Both the position numbers and the translations under genes were made by a program. Shown here piece after piece: positions 36,790 to 50,640 of a stretch of 64,000 nucleotides of DNA (positions are counted from its first letter, which is position 1; each line of letters starts with the position of its first letter). A model generated the notes under the pieces. The model worked only from the letters and a program-made list of their open reading frames with translations. It had not been told where the DNA came from and did not search any database. Source of the stretch: Anthoceros angustus (Eukaryota; Plantae; Anthocerotophyta); NCBI GenBank assembly GCA_010909165.1, contig MU008160.1, positions 248,001 to 312,000 of the forward strand. The letters are read 5' to 3'.

Positions 36790-38512
36790 GTCATTTAGGT
36801 TGTAAATGACGCGTTGTAAATGAAGTTGTAAATGACGTTGTAAATGAAGTTGTAAATGACGTTGTAAAACTAGCGATTCGTGAATTTTGAGGTTGTAAAT
36901 GACGTTGTAAATGAGGTTGTAAATGACGCGTTGTAAATGACGTTGTAAACCACGTTGTAAATGAGGTTGTAAATTACGTTGTAAATGAGGTTGCAAATGA
37001 GGTTGCAAATGAGGTTGCAAATGAGGTTGAGGAAGAGCCTTTATGGTTTGAAGCAGGCACCGGTGGTATCACAAGTTCCACTCATTTATGCTTTCTCAAG
37101 GCTACAAGCGTGGCGATGAGGATCATTGCCTCTATCGAAGCAAGCTAAGGATCAAAGCTTGCTCATTTTGATCCTCTATGTGGATGATATGCTAATTCTT
37201 TGGAGCAGTCTTGATGAGATTTTGTTGAAGTCAAAGTTGAATGCTCACTTTGAATGACGAGACTTGGGAGGCGAGCCATATACTTGGCATGCGTTGTAAA
37301 TGAGGTTGTAAATGGCGTTGTCATTTAGGTTGTAAATGACGTTGTAAATTACGTTGTAAAGTAAGGGTGTTTGAAGGTTGTAAATGAAGTTGTAAATGGC
37401 GTTGTCATTTAGGTTGTAAACCACGTTGTAAACCACGTTGTAAACCACGTTGTAAATATACCCACTTTACAACCTAGATTACAAGGCAACCACGTTGTAA
37501 ATGAGGTTGCAAATGAGGTTGTAAATGAAGTTGTAAATGACGCGTTGTAAATGACGCGTTGTAAAGTAAGGGTGTTTGAAGGTTGTAAATGAGGTTGCAA
37601 ATGAGGTTGTAAATTACGTTGTAAACCACGTTGTAAATTACGTTGTAAATGAGGTTGCAAATGAGGTTGCAAATGAGGTTGTAAATGACGTTGTAAACCA
37701 CGTTGTAAATGACGCGTTGTAAATGACGCGTTGTAAATGAAGTTGTAAATGAGGTTGCAAATGAGGTTGTAAATGACGCGTTGTAAATGGCGTTGTCATT
37801 TAGGTTGTAAATGAGGTTGCAAATGAGGTTGTAAATGAGGTTGCAAATGAGGTTGTAAATGACGTTGTAAATGAGGTTGCAAATGAGGTTGTAAATGACG
37901 TTGTAAACCACGTTGTAAATGACGTTGTAAATGACGCGTTGTAAATGGCGTTGTCATTTAGGTTGTAAATTACGTTGTAAACCACGTTGTAAATGACGCG
38001 TTGTAAATGAGGTTGCAAATGAGGTTGCAAATGAGGTTGTAAACCACGTTGTAAATGGCGTTGTCATTTAGGTTGTAAATGACGTTGTAAAGTAAGGGTG
38101 TTTGAAGGTTGTAAATGACGCGTTGTAAATGAAGTTGTAAATGAGGTTGCAAATGAGGTTGCAAATGAGGTTGCAAATGAGGTTGTAAATGAAGTTGTAA
38201 ATGACGCGTTGTAAATGACGTTGTAAACCACGTTGTAAATGAGGTTGTAAATATACCCACTTTACAACCTAGATTACAAGGCAACCACGTTGTAAATGAC
38301 GTTGTAAATGAGGTTGTAAATGGCGTTGTCATTTAGGTTGTAAATGACGCGTTGTAAACCACGTTGTAAATATACCCACTTTACAACCTAGATTACAAGG
38401 CAACCACGTTGTAAACGACCTTGTAAACCACGTTGTAAACCACGTTGTAAATGACGTTGTAAATGAGGTTGCAAATGAGGTTGTAAACCACGTTGTAAAT
38501 GAAGTTGTAAAA
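36790..38512. repeat. GTTGTAAA-based CACTA subterminal-type array containing a duplicated copia RT fragment (37025-37290)
   Basis: Same motifs as 30980-33010; 37025-37290 repeats ~35190-35456. Confidence 0.85.
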
Positions 38513-38521
38513 TTGGCCTTT

Positions 38522-38830
38522 AAGTGGGAGGTTGTAAGGGTATTAAAGCCCAATGTACTTAGACTAATACACTTAGTCTAAGTTAGGTGTCGATTAAGTA
38601 TCATTAGTTTAGCAAGCTAATCACTAGGAAGCTTCTTGTGCTCCTTCCTAGGGGCTTCTTGTGGAGCTTCCTAGGAGCCTATTGGAGGGTATAAATACCC
38701 TCCAAGCCTCATCTCAATGTGAGAGAGTTACACTTGCCTCCTCCTCTCCTCTCCATTTTCCACCATCATGGGCTGCCACACGATCCTTCATAGACAAAAC
38801 TGGCAAAAGCTACGCCATCTTTTTGTAATT
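38522..38830 (+). mobile_element. Copia-type polypurine tract and start of a 3' LTR
   Basis: AAGTGGGAGGT directly followed by TGTAAGGG (TG at 38533); TATAAATA at ~38690. The right boundary is not defined. Confidence 0.55.
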
Positions 38831-40588
38831 CTTGTTAGGTCTGGATTTTGGACTCTAGTGACGAAATGGAGTCTGCTGTGGTGCAAACATGAGGTCCCAA
38901 TGCTTACTTGCTTGTTGAAGGTTGTAAATGAGGTTGCAAATGAGGTTGTAAATGACGTTGTAAAGTAAGGGTGTTTGAAAATTGTAAAATCGTTGTAAAT
39001 ATACCCACTTTACAACAAGCGGCTTGTAAGGCCATGAGGCGATTTTCTACTCAGTTGATTGCGATGTTGATCAGTATGCGAGGATGAGGGCAAGATCTTT
39101 ACAATAAGCGGCTTGTAAGGCCATGAGACGATTTTCTACTCAGTTGATTGCGATGTTGATTAGTATGCGAGGATAAGGGCAAGATCTTTACAACAAGCGG
39201 CTTGTAAGGCCATGAGACTCGAGACGGAAAGCACTCCATCTTAGTACTAATACGCCCCAAGGGGGCTTGACTGCGGAGTTCCACAGTTTGAATGTCACTC
39301 CTTGAAGGGAGGATGCCTTATTACAGTGGCCGAGATGCCACTGGCCATGGTAGGAGTCAGGACATGGGAGCATCACGGGTGGGGTTCGCTGATGGGAACG
39401 TATCGAGCGTAGAGCATGCTTCACATGGGGGACATGACATATGGGCATGGATGCATGAAGACATGAAAAATTTTGAAAATTGTAAAATCGTTGTAAACCA
39501 CGTTGTAAACCACGTTGTAAATGCGGAAAGGTAGGAGACGATATGGGTGAGATTTATCGAATAAGTTCAAGTTTCAACTTTTATTGGAAGGTGAGAGAAG
39601 ATTGGGGTGAGATTTATCAAATAAGTTCAAGTTTCAACTTTTATTGGAAGGTGGGAGAAGATTGGGGTGTGATCCATCAAATATATTATACTGAAAATGC
39701 TGAAAATGTAAAACTTTATGAGTTTAAGATGCAGAAAACAAGGAAACTAGGGTTTGTGTGAAAAATTAGGACCTGTTTAGGGGAGGTCTATGCATATCCA
39801 TTAGTTCTATATAGATACTTATGTATTTTAATAAATATGAGAATTTAATAAATTATTTTTTATAAATGTTAAAATTTTGAAAATATAAATATTATATGTT
39901 CAACCTCATTTTTTCAAAAAATAATTATTTCGGCATCATCCTGTTGAACCATCCCTCAAGTGGTTCAACAGGATGATGCCGAATAGGTACGGCATTAAGA
40001 AACAGCATCAGAAATTATCAACCCTCCATCCAACAGATACAAGAATCACACTTATTTAAAAGTTTTAAACGGGGTACATGTTATCTGGACTCTTTCGTCT
40101 GTGTGGCCCTTTTACAAACTACTTTGATAACTATGTGTCAAAGGTGTCTAAAATACGCTGCACAGCTCTGTTACGCACACTCACCGACCCGAAACGCCTG
40201 TGCAGAATCCTAGGCAGCACAAGAACCGTTCGGCCCTGTCAGTCAACCGCTGCAAATGCGAGCGAGCGATTTGCAGCGTACCTCGAGTTCAGAAAATTCG
40301 AGTTGTGTACCCAATTCGAGTCGTTCCTCTGAATTCAGAATGACTTTGAGCCAAAATCAGTTTCTTCACTGCACCAGCCCTGGCTCCTAGTCTTGGGAAA
40401 CAGACACTACAACGGATGATGCGTAACATGACCGCAGCATCCGTCAGGGATGTGGAGCCACTTTGCCACTTTATGCAAACAATGTCTGCTGTTATACATT
40501 AAGAATACAAACAAAGCTCAGGTACAACGAGGAAACCCTCAACTCATACCATCAGCAACAGAACAACGAAGCCAGCCTGAAGCAATCC

Positions 40589-41241
40589 CTATCCCTGCAA
40601 ACAACCCCAGCAACCCTGCGACGCAGTCGTCGGCTCAAACCATCTATGCCAGTCCTTGCTCCCAGGACCTACGGCACTGCAGGCAAACGAACACATCAGT
40701 CTCATCCACTTAACATCGTCAGAAATCAAACATTAGCATCCCGACACCGAGCCGCACAGCATATCACCTAAAACAAGCACAAAGAACCGAACACTCAACT
40801 TCCTGAACCACGCCGTTACCTGGGAATGAACGGGTCTGGACAACTGTCGATGAATTTCACCAACCTGCCATCCATCCCGCAGCTGTGCCTCAAAAACCTC
40901 TTCTCCGCAACAAGCCATCATGGATCAGACCAAAACCAGGCACAAGGCTTACTCTCTGCAGCCGTGCGATGCCGGAGGTACCCGCTCCAGCTCCCTCAGC
41001 TCCTCCTGCCCGGCACACATGTTTCAGCAAACCCGCGGACTGTCTTGCAAAAATGCAGCTGCTCATTGTCCTCCGGCAGGCTCACCTGAAGAGCCCGTAT
41101 CTCTTGGTGAAGCCGGCTCAGCTCGGCGCGCTTCCGATGCCGACCGCGCACATCCGGAGCCGGAGGCGGCGTGGGAGGCTGCTGCAGCACGCGGGCCCTG
41201 TACGGCGACCCGTTGCCAGAAATTTGGCCTCCCTGCTGCAT
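40589..41241 (-). CDS. Heterotrimeric G-protein gamma subunit (AGG1/AGG2-like), 113 aa, 4 coding exons: 41241-41086, 41005-40953, 40864-40820, 40676-40589
   Basis: Manual splicing at GT-AG sites with consistent phases gives ...PDVRGRHRKRAELSRLHQEIRALQ|EELRELERVPPASHGCRE|LVKFIDSCPDPFIPS|AVGPGSKDWHRWFEPTTASQGCWGCLQG*, matching plant G-gamma motifs (RGKHR, DPLL-like, WDRWFE). Confidence 0.92.
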
Positions 41242-41823
41242 TCTAGGCGCAGATACGAGCTCCAGCTTGCGCAACCCTGCTGAACAAACCACTCCAGATT
41301 CAGGAATGCCGCTCTGAAGACCCCGGGAGCTAGGAGCAACCAGCTCGCTTGCAAGCTGTGACATCAGAACTCCTTGCAAGCTGTGCCACCACAAAAAACA
41401 CACAAACGACGAACACCTCGAAGATCGCACCTGCAAGGTCTCGTCCCTCGCCGAGGGGAAGGTAGAGATTGTAAGCATGTGTGCTACATACGAATTTAGT
41501 GGAAGCGTTTGAGACGACTTCTCGAATGAGACGGCGTTTCAAAGCCCATACGACTTCTCAAGGATTTGACGACTTCCCTCGGCTGAGACGACTTCCCTCG
41601 GCTGAGACGACTTCCCTCGGCTGAGACGACTTCTCAAGGCTGTGATGCAAGACGTGTGTAGGCCATGGTTGTACGTGGTCAGGATCCCAGGAAGCTGGGT
41701 CAATACCAGCCAAGGGTACATGGAGGTGCAGTGCAGCTCATCACCTTGTCCATTTCCCCTTTCCTACTTTCCTTCCATGGAATCGTCCATCTCTGCTATG
41801 AAAATGAACAAGCAGAAAGGACA

Positions 41824-43775
41824 TCACAGAAGGTCGAACCAGTCCACAATGCTCCTTGCTGTCCCCCGCAGATCAGCCAGAGCAGCGTTCCTGAGAACCT
41901 GGCCGATGGCATCGATGGGGGTGTAGACGTCTCCAGTGCGCCACCTCAGGTCCTGTGGTGGTTTTGCAGGCACACAGCAGGTTAAGGGAAGCGGGTGGCA
42001 GTGGCAGCAGGTAGCTCGAGGGGGAAGGTAGACGTACTGGAGCAAGAGGAGTTGCATGGGTCCCTGCTAGGATGATCTTCTGGAGCTTGCCTCCAAGGGA
42101 CTGGATGCGAGGTTGCAGGAGCTCCTCCAGGATGTCAGTTTCGTCGATGGTGTCGACCGTGTACTTGACCTGCAGGACGAGGGGATGGAGTGCTCAGAGT
42201 GGGAGCAAGGGCCCGGGGCAGGGAGTGGGAGAGGGGAGAGTGGGCACCAGAAGGGTATTGGGTATGGAGTACGATGCTGCTATGTTTCTGCGGTTGGCGG
42301 CGGGTGTGGGCGTGAACTCTGAGACGCCTTCTGTTACCTGTTGCACTTGGAGGTGAAGTCAGCTTAGCAATGGCTGGATGCATCTAGAGGGGATGAGGTT
42401 TAGTACCCAGGAACCATACCTGAGTCAGGACTCCTGGGATCTGGCTCAAGAAGTTGCTGACGGATGTAACATCTGACTTTGGAACCACTTTTGGGCCCAG
42501 GAAATTTCCGACAGCTGGGACAACCTCATCTGCAGAATACCACACCTGCTGGTTAGTGCTCTTGTGGGGATGGTGTTAACCTGGAAGCAGAGGTCGAAAT
42601 GGTAGCAATACCTGCCACAAATTGCACGAAGCTAGTTACAGGAGAGGCTGACGCCAAAGGAGCGATTTGAACAATCCTTGGTCCGACCTGTGTGGCAAAA
42701 ATGAGAGATGGGATTGAATGCAGCGATATAGGCCAAGATGCAGAAGCTCGAGCTGGGCAGTCTTGCTGTACCTGATCGAAGTAGGGGACAGCCTCCGATG
42801 CTGATTTGTTGTTGAAAGAAACTAGGGCATTTGCCTGTGCATTCAAGTTCCAAGAACAATGACATACAAAGAAGGAGAAGCCTCAATTTGCATGGCCTGA
42901 CGTGAAAAGTCTAAACACAGAAAGCAAGGAGCAGAGACGTCCCACCCCAACTCAAACTCTACCTTGGGCAATTTTCGATCCTTGCAGACGCATCCAATGA
43001 GAACTGCATGAGAGCCCCATTGCTGGAGACAAGCAATGCAATATAAACCAAGTAGTTATGGAAAAAACTCATCCCGACACTCCACAGTCTGCTGTTCCTT
43101 GAGAGAGTATTTGCACGGAAGAAGACAAGAGCTTACCTGTGCCCGACGCTGTAGATTGGCAGATTTGCAACATCCTCAGCAGACAAGCCGGCTGGGGCAA
43201 ATCCTGAATCCAACAAGATATCGAGGGAATCATTGAACTTCCGATGAAGCTCCAAAGCGCATGCTGAATGGTCAAACGTTATGCTATACGGAGTTGCCAC
43301 GATCAGATAGCCCTCCTTTGCCAAGAGTTCAATGAAAAGCCTGGGCGGGCAACGACGTCACGGATCAAAATGCACTGCCGCATCCAGATAGCCATGACAC
43401 AGATTTCATGCATAACAGAAACACGACCTTGCCAAGGAAATGTGATGGTACCTGTAGGTTAGCTCAGGGCTCGGCCGATGAATGCACCGCCCAGGAAATG
43501 TATCAACCCCTTGGGCTTCCTGCTCCTCGACAGCACCGGTGAGTGAACAAAGGATTCTCCCACCTTCACACCAGGCTCTCTGCCATACCTGACTGCTTCA
43601 GAGAACGTGCTGCGTGTGGCCAGGCAGCGTCGGCGAGCCTTCACCTCCCCACAACCCACAACACATCTCCCAGGAACAGCATGACGCAGTCCTGGTCCCC
43701 AAGAGGAGAACTCGCAGGGCGCCAATTGTGAAAACCCTCCCACATTCTAGGGGTCGGGGATGCGGAGCGCCATAC
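41824..43775 (-). CDS. DUF1350 alpha/beta-hydrolase-like protein, copy 1 (5' end missing; multi-exon)
   Basis: KPKGLIHFLGGAFIG, EGYLIVATPYSITFDH, PIYSVGH|SNGAL, NALVSFNNK, GTHATP; stop at 41824. Confidence 0.85.
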
Positions 43776-44521
43776 GAGCTCCAAAGCGCATGCTGAATGG
43801 TCAAACGTTATGCTATACGGAGTTGCATGGGTCCCTGCTAGGATGATCTTCTGGAGCTTGCCTCCAAGGGACTGGATGCGAGGTTGCATGGGTCCCTGCT
43901 AGGATGATCTTCTGGAGCTTGCCTCCAAGGGACTGGATGCGAGGTTGCATGGCCTGACGTGAAAAGTCTAAACACAGAAAGCAAATAATTGTTGAAGGCA
44001 ATTTAGGGGCAATTCTTGGTTTTCAATCTTTGCAGCAACGACTTGAGTTAGATAATTGATCCATATCGCATTGATCTTAGGATGAAATTTTGCCACTTTG
44101 CTAAATAGGACTTGTGTATCACGTTGCATACGTGATAATCCGAAATCTATTATAGATACCCTTATTCCGTATGTTTTGATTTTTTCTTTCTATTGCATAC
44201 GTGGCTACAATATGGAAACCGGATCCCTTGTGGGTGCCCAGGTGCAGGACATTGCGAAGCTCCGTAAGCCCACCTCAGGTTGACATCCACGGGCAAGGCC
44301 CATATTGCATGGGTCCCTGCTAGGATGATCTTCTGGAGCTTGCCTCCAAGGGACTGGATGCGAGGTTGCAGGAGCTCCTCCAGGATGTCAGTTTAGAGGG
44401 TCTTCCTCTTGGACTTCCTTCCTGCTCCTCGACAGCACCGGTGAGTGAACAAACTCGGAAAGAGTGGTCCTTCCCATATTGCATGGGATTTGTTGCATAA
44501 GAAATTAGTGCCATGTCCAAG

Positions 44522-46481
44522 AATGCTCCTTGCTGTCCCCCGCAGATCAGCCAGAGCAGCGTTCCTGAGAACCTGGCCGATGGCATCGATGGGGTGTAGA
44601 CGTCTCCAGTGCGCCACCTCAGGTCCTGTGGTGGTTTTGCAGGCACACAGCAGGTTAAGGAAGCGGGTGGCAGTGGCAGCAGGTAGCTCGAGGGGAAGGT
44701 AGACGTACTGGAGCAAGAGGAGTTGCATGGGTCCCTGCTAGGATGATCTTCTGGAGCTTGCCTCCAAGGGACTGGATGCGAGGTTGCAGGAGCTCCTCCA
44801 GGATGTCAGTTTAGGTCGATGGTGTCGACCGTGTACTTGACCTGCAGGACGAGGGGATGGAGTGCTCAGAGTGGGAGCAAGGGCCCAGGGCAGGGAGTGG
44901 AGAGGGAGAGTGGGCACCAGAAGGGTATTGGGTATGGGTACGATGCTGCTATGTTTCTGCGGTTGGCGGCGGGTGTGGGCGTGAACTCTGAGACGCCTTC
45001 TGTTACCTGTTGCACTTGGAGGTGAAGTCAGCTTAGCAATGGCTGGATGCATCTAGAGGGATGAGGTTTAGTACCCAGGAACCATACCTGAGTCAGGACT
45101 CCTGGGATCTGGCTCAAGAAGTTGCTGACGGATGTAACATCTGACTTTGGAACCACTTTTGGGCCCAGGAAATTTCCGACAGCTGGGACAACCTCATCTG
45201 CAGAATACCACACCTGCTGGTTGGTGCTCTTGTGGGGATGGTGTTAACCTGGAAGCAGAGGTCGAAATGGTAGCAATACCTGCCACAAATTGCACGAAGC
45301 TAGTTACAGGAGAGGCTGACGCCAAAGGAGCGATTTGAACAATCCTTGGTCCGACCTGTGGCAAAAATGAGAGATGGGATTGAATGCGATATAGGCCAAG
45401 ATGCAGAAGCTCGAGCTGGGCAGTCTTGCTGTACCTGATCGAAGTAGGGGACAGCCTCCGATGCTGATTTGTTGTTGAAAGAAACTAGGGCATTTGCCTG
45501 TGCATTCAAGTTCCAAGAACAATGACATACAAAGAAGGAGAAGCCTCAATTTGCATGGCCTGACGTGAAAAGTCTAAACACAGAAAGCAAGGAGCAGAGA
45601 CGTCCCACCCCAACTCAAACTCTACCTTGGGCAATTTTCGATCCTTGCAGACGCATCCAATGAGAACTGCATGAGAGCCCCATTGCTGGAGACAAGCAAT
45701 GCAATATAAACCAAGTAGTTATGGAAAAAACTCATCCCGACACTCCACAGTCTGCTGTTCCTTGAGAGTATTTGCACGGAAGAAGACAAGAGCTTACCTG
45801 TGCCCGACGCTGTAGATTGGCAGATTTGCAACATCCTCAGCAGACAAGCCGGCTGGGGCAAATCCTGAATCCAACAAGATATCGAGGGAATCATTGAACT
45901 TCCGATGAAGCTCCAAAGCGCATGCTGAATGGTCAAACGTTATGCTATACGGAGTTGCCACGATCAGATAGCCCTCCTTTGCCAAGAGTTCAATGAAAAG
46001 CCTGGGCGGGCAACGACGTCACGGATCAAAATGCACTGCCGCATCCAGATAGCCATGACACAGATTTCATGCATAACAGAAACACGACCTTGCCAAAATG
46101 TGATGGTACCTGTAGGTTAGCTCAGGGCTCGGCCGATGAATGCACCGCCCAGGAAATGTATCAACCCCTTGGGCTTCCTGCTCCTCGACAGCACCGGTGA
46201 GTGAACAAAGGATTCTCCCACCTTCACACCAGGCTCTCTGCCATACCTGACTGCTTCAGAGAACGTGCTGCGTGTGGCCAGGCAGCGTCGGCGAGCCTTC
46301 ACCTCCCCACAACCCACAACACATCTCCCAGGAACAGCATGACGCAGTCCTGGTCCCCAAGAGGAGAACTCGCAGGGCGCCAATTGTGAAAACCCTCCCA
46401 CATTCTAGGGGTCGGGGATGCGGGAGCGCCATACGAGCTGCTGCAGCCCACAGCCCTTGTGGGTGCCCAGGTGCAGGACAT
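44522..46481 (-). CDS. DUF1350 protein, copy 2 (3' end clipped)
   Basis: Near-identical to copy 1; candidate ATG at 46481 with a Ser-rich, transit-peptide-like N terminus. Confidence 0.8.
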
Positions 46482-46551
46482 TGCGAAGCTCCGTAAGCCC
46501 ACCTCAGGTTGACATCCACGGGCAAGGGTGCAGATGGGTCTTCAAGCCTGG

Positions 46552-47215
<664 letters not shown>

Positions 47216-47362
47216 ACAAGAGCTTACCTGTGCCCGACGCTGTAGATTGGCAGATTTGCAACATCCTCAGCAGACAAGCCGGCTGGGGCAAATGTCGTGA
47301 ATTGAGAGCATGTTCAAGCCAACTTGGGTGGACGAGCCAAGTGGAGGCGGGCAAGGGTGCAG

Positions 47363-48087
47363 ATGGGTCTTCAAGCCTGGACAGCAGCAGCAGCAGCAGC
47401 AGCTGTACGGACCTTGGCCACAATCTCCTCAGCTTCCAAGGCCCGCCCAGTTCAAGTTGCGCTGCGAAGGTCTCCCCCGGACCATCCCTTCCTCAATGTG
47501 AGCACCACGACTCCCAAACCCCAAACGCTTCAAACTGCTCTTCCTCTTGGACTTCCTTCCTGCTTCCGAAGGTCTCTGACTACAAATGCAGGCTCTCGAG
47601 GTGCAATTCGATGACGGTAACCACTTCCGCTTCACAGCCGAGTTCCTGCGAGTGCACAGCCCAGCTGCCGACAGCAAAGGGCTCAGAGCACGAAAAGAGC
47701 AGAAGGTAGCTTCGTCCCCACAACCCACCATCATCCCTCTCTTGACCAGATATGGAGGTGGGCGATACGTTAACTCTGGAGTCGAACTACAAAACGCAGG
47801 TTATATCTGGGAGGAAGCACGTCGGCATTGTCTCCGTGGAGGCTGTTGGGAACTACGGGATTCACATCTCTATCAACAACTATCGGTCACCAGATGCTAC
47901 TGTGCTTCATCTGAACTACGTGCGCATGGCTTGCAGGATTTTCCTTCGATGATCTACACAACACCGGGATTTACCCTTGGGAGTTTCTTCACTTCATGGG
48001 CGAACACAAGTTTTCTTTGATGAGGGAGTACATCAAGTCTCTTAGGAAGCAGGGTCTCATCAGGAGCCTTCCAGAAAGAAGATGTGA
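47363..48087 (+). CDS. DUF971 / GBBH-like N-terminal domain protein, copy 1
   Basis: ALEVQFDDGNHFRFTAEFLRVHSPAADSK|VISGRKHVGIVSVEAVGNYGI|FDDLHNTGIYPW; small indels relative to copy 2. Confidence 0.8.
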
Positions 48088-50022
48088 CCAGTTTAACGGC
48101 GTTGGCATAGTGACCATGTCACGCTTGCGTTGTTCCAGGTGCCTGGTCCCGGTTTGTCCTTGTCGCGATTGTAGTTAACGTTTTATGGACTCTTCTTTTC
48201 TCTCCTGATTCGTTTCATGGACTCTTGTCCAGAGTCTAGAAAGCCTTTGGACCAGGCAAGTCTCTAAATAGTGGCCCTTTGGACAAGCAAGTCTCTAAAT
48301 AGTGACTCTTTTTTTCTCTCACGATTCTTGCATGGACTTTGTCCACAGTGTAGAAAGAAGAAGAAGAATTTCATTTGGATCCACATAGGACTACATTGAA
48401 CAAGCAATAGACAAGCAAGTCTATAAATAGTGTAAGACGAAGAATTTGCTACAGTCCATCAAGGATGGCTTTTTCTTCATGGACTTAGTCTCCGACAACC
48501 TGTATCATGGTGTGCTTGAGCTCTTTTAGTTTTATCTCGTATCATGGTGTGCTTAGGTTAATTCTAATGCATCTTGATCCCGGTATCAAGCTATTTCAAT
48601 TACATCTAGTATCATGTCGCTTAAGCTATTTCAATTGCATCTTGTATCATCTTGTATCATGGTGTGCTTAGGTTAATTCTAATGCATCTTGTATCATGGT
48701 GTGCTTGTGTTTAAGCTATTTCAATTGCATCTGCAAATTTTGAACGAGGGCTACGACACAAATTAGGTAGGGGTGGAAGTGTTGTAACTATCCACAACTT
48801 AGATTAGGTGCATGCAGAAAATAGAAAATTTAAAATTTTGAATGAGGGTTACGACACAAATTAGGTAGGGGTGGAAATGTTGTAACTATCCACAACATAG
48901 ATTAGGTACATATAAAAAATAAAATTTTAATTGAACATGTTTATTCATGTATATAGATAGCATTAGGAGGAGCCAGAGTCCGACAAAAATGCTATTGGTT
49001 GTCACGCGACAGTGAGGCAGGTTACGCCAGACAGAAGGTCGCCGCTGAACTTGCAGAAAGGGTTAAAGAGCTAAAGAATTCATTGTTTATCGCTTCAAGA
49101 TGTTGCTCCTCACGATTGCCTCTTCCGTTCTCTACTAGGTTAAGGAGATAAAAGCTGAGTCTGATGACAAGGCTGCACGCGACAGTGAGGCAGGTTACGC
49201 CAGACAGAAGGTCGCCGCTGAACTTGCAGAAAGGGTTAAAGAGCTAAAGAATTCATTGTTTATCGCTTCAAGATGTTGCTCCTCACGATTGCCTCTTCCG
49301 TTCTCTACTAGGTTAAGGAGATAAAAGCTGAGTCTGATGACAAGGTTGTAAATGAGGTTGCAGGAGCTCCTCCAGGATGTCAGTTTAAATGGTGTCGACC
49401 GTGTACTTGACCTGCAGGACGAGGGGATGGAGTGCTCAGAGTGGGAGCAAGGGCCCGGAGCAATTGGGTAGGTGAGTGGTACCCCATCTCGGTGGCGTTC
49501 TAGAAGGGTTGCTTAACCACGTAGTTCCATCCAATGAATTCATTGACAAACGTGTCACTCCTCAAAGGAAGTGCGGGTTAGAGTATTTGGATAGTGCGAT
49601 CATTCGGACATGTAGAACGAGATCTAACCACCATACCAAACTAGAGAACTCGATGACATTACTAGATCTTTGAAGATAAAAATTCACGTGTTTGAAAATT
49701 GTAAAATTATTTACACTTATAAAAATTAATGGCTATAGTGAAGAAAGTCTCTCAACTTTCTTTTTATCAAGGAATCGAAAAAGGAATTATTGCATCTAGC
49801 TGCCCTCTTACCTTATCCTTGTGAAAATGAGAATACAAGGGATTCTTTTGAGAGAAAATGCAAGGAATTATGCACTCGACCTTTAGTGTACGTCTAATTC
49901 ACCGTTGGGTTACAATGTCATCTTAACTTTTGAATAAGAATTAGAATGTAGTTTGACTTCACTCGGACATTTCTTTTAGCCACATGTCTTGAAAACTGGT
50001 CTCTTCCAATCTCTGCATTGTG

Positions 50023-50640
50023 TTACACAATGTTACTCTCCAGCAAAAGCAATAATTGTTGAAGGCAATTTAGGGGCAATTCTTGGTTTTCAATGCTTTT
50101 TACGACTTGAGTTAGATAATTGATCCATATCGCATTGATCTTAGGGAAACTATGGTCCCAATTTGAGCCCACAATTTCGTGCACACGATTCCAAGTGCAG
50201 CGCAAATGATATCCCTCGGCTCAAATTTTGCCACTTTGCTAAATAGGACTTGTGTATCACGTTGCATACGTGATAATCCGAAATCTATTATAGATACCCT
50301 TATTCCGTATGTTTTGATTTTTTCTTTCTATTGCATACGGTATAGAATTCAACACTTTGTTGATCTCGATAAGTCAAAAGAATATTTTTGTATGGAGGTC
50401 ACGATGCTCGAATCCATAAGCTTTTGTGCTACGTGTAAAGCAAGAGTTACTTGCAATAACATGCTTTTGATTCTGCATTGTGTGAAATTGGAATTTTGAC
50501 AAAGGAATCCCAGCCTCCTCTTGTACAATCATCCCGAACCTTTGACAAGGTGGATACTCTAGAGGAAACCTTGTTGCATAGGACACGACGGCGCCTTAGC
50601 AATAATAAAACAACCTATATACTTGCATATATAGATAGCA
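50023..50640 (-). pseudogene. Haspin-like protein kinase domain, intronless, frameshifted as assembled; further fragments at 43985-44201, 51095-51270 and 55315-55440
   Basis: QRFGMIVQEEAGIPLSKFQF...AYGFEHRDLHTK-ILL...IKTYGIRVSIIDFGLSRM...WDHSFPKINAIWINYL. The FEHRDLH, IIDFxLSR and WxxxFPxxNxxWxxYL motifs are characteristic of Haspin kinases. Confidence 0.8.

Larger units (their letters stand above)
33009..36790 (+). mobile_element. Degenerate Ty1/copia gag-pol remnant (Zn knuckle-PR-IN-RT order)
   Basis: VECHYCHK-GHFK knuckle (~33010); WIID-GASFHVTP protease (~33216); LGHMS; LELVHDDVCGP...FVTFIDDFSRKVWVY integrase; GYRLWDP; KYKARLVAKGFKQ, MDVKAAFLHGDL, SLYGLKQAP and LYVDDMLI RT. It continues as TPLPPYVKLS...KVPYSS at 36640-36740, after unrelated intervening inserts. 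Confidence 0.92.

Noticed and set aside
30980-38512. GTTGTAAA arrays as telomeric or centromeric repeats, or FTT/LQR ORFs as proteins
   Set aside because: The motif is not TTTAGGG, occurs in both orientations next to a CACTA terminus, and the ORFs are translation artefacts.
49476-49900. Endogenous giant-virus origin for the AT-rich intronless segment beside the kinase
   Set aside because: No viral hallmark gene is recognisable, and the kinase motifs fit Haspin better.
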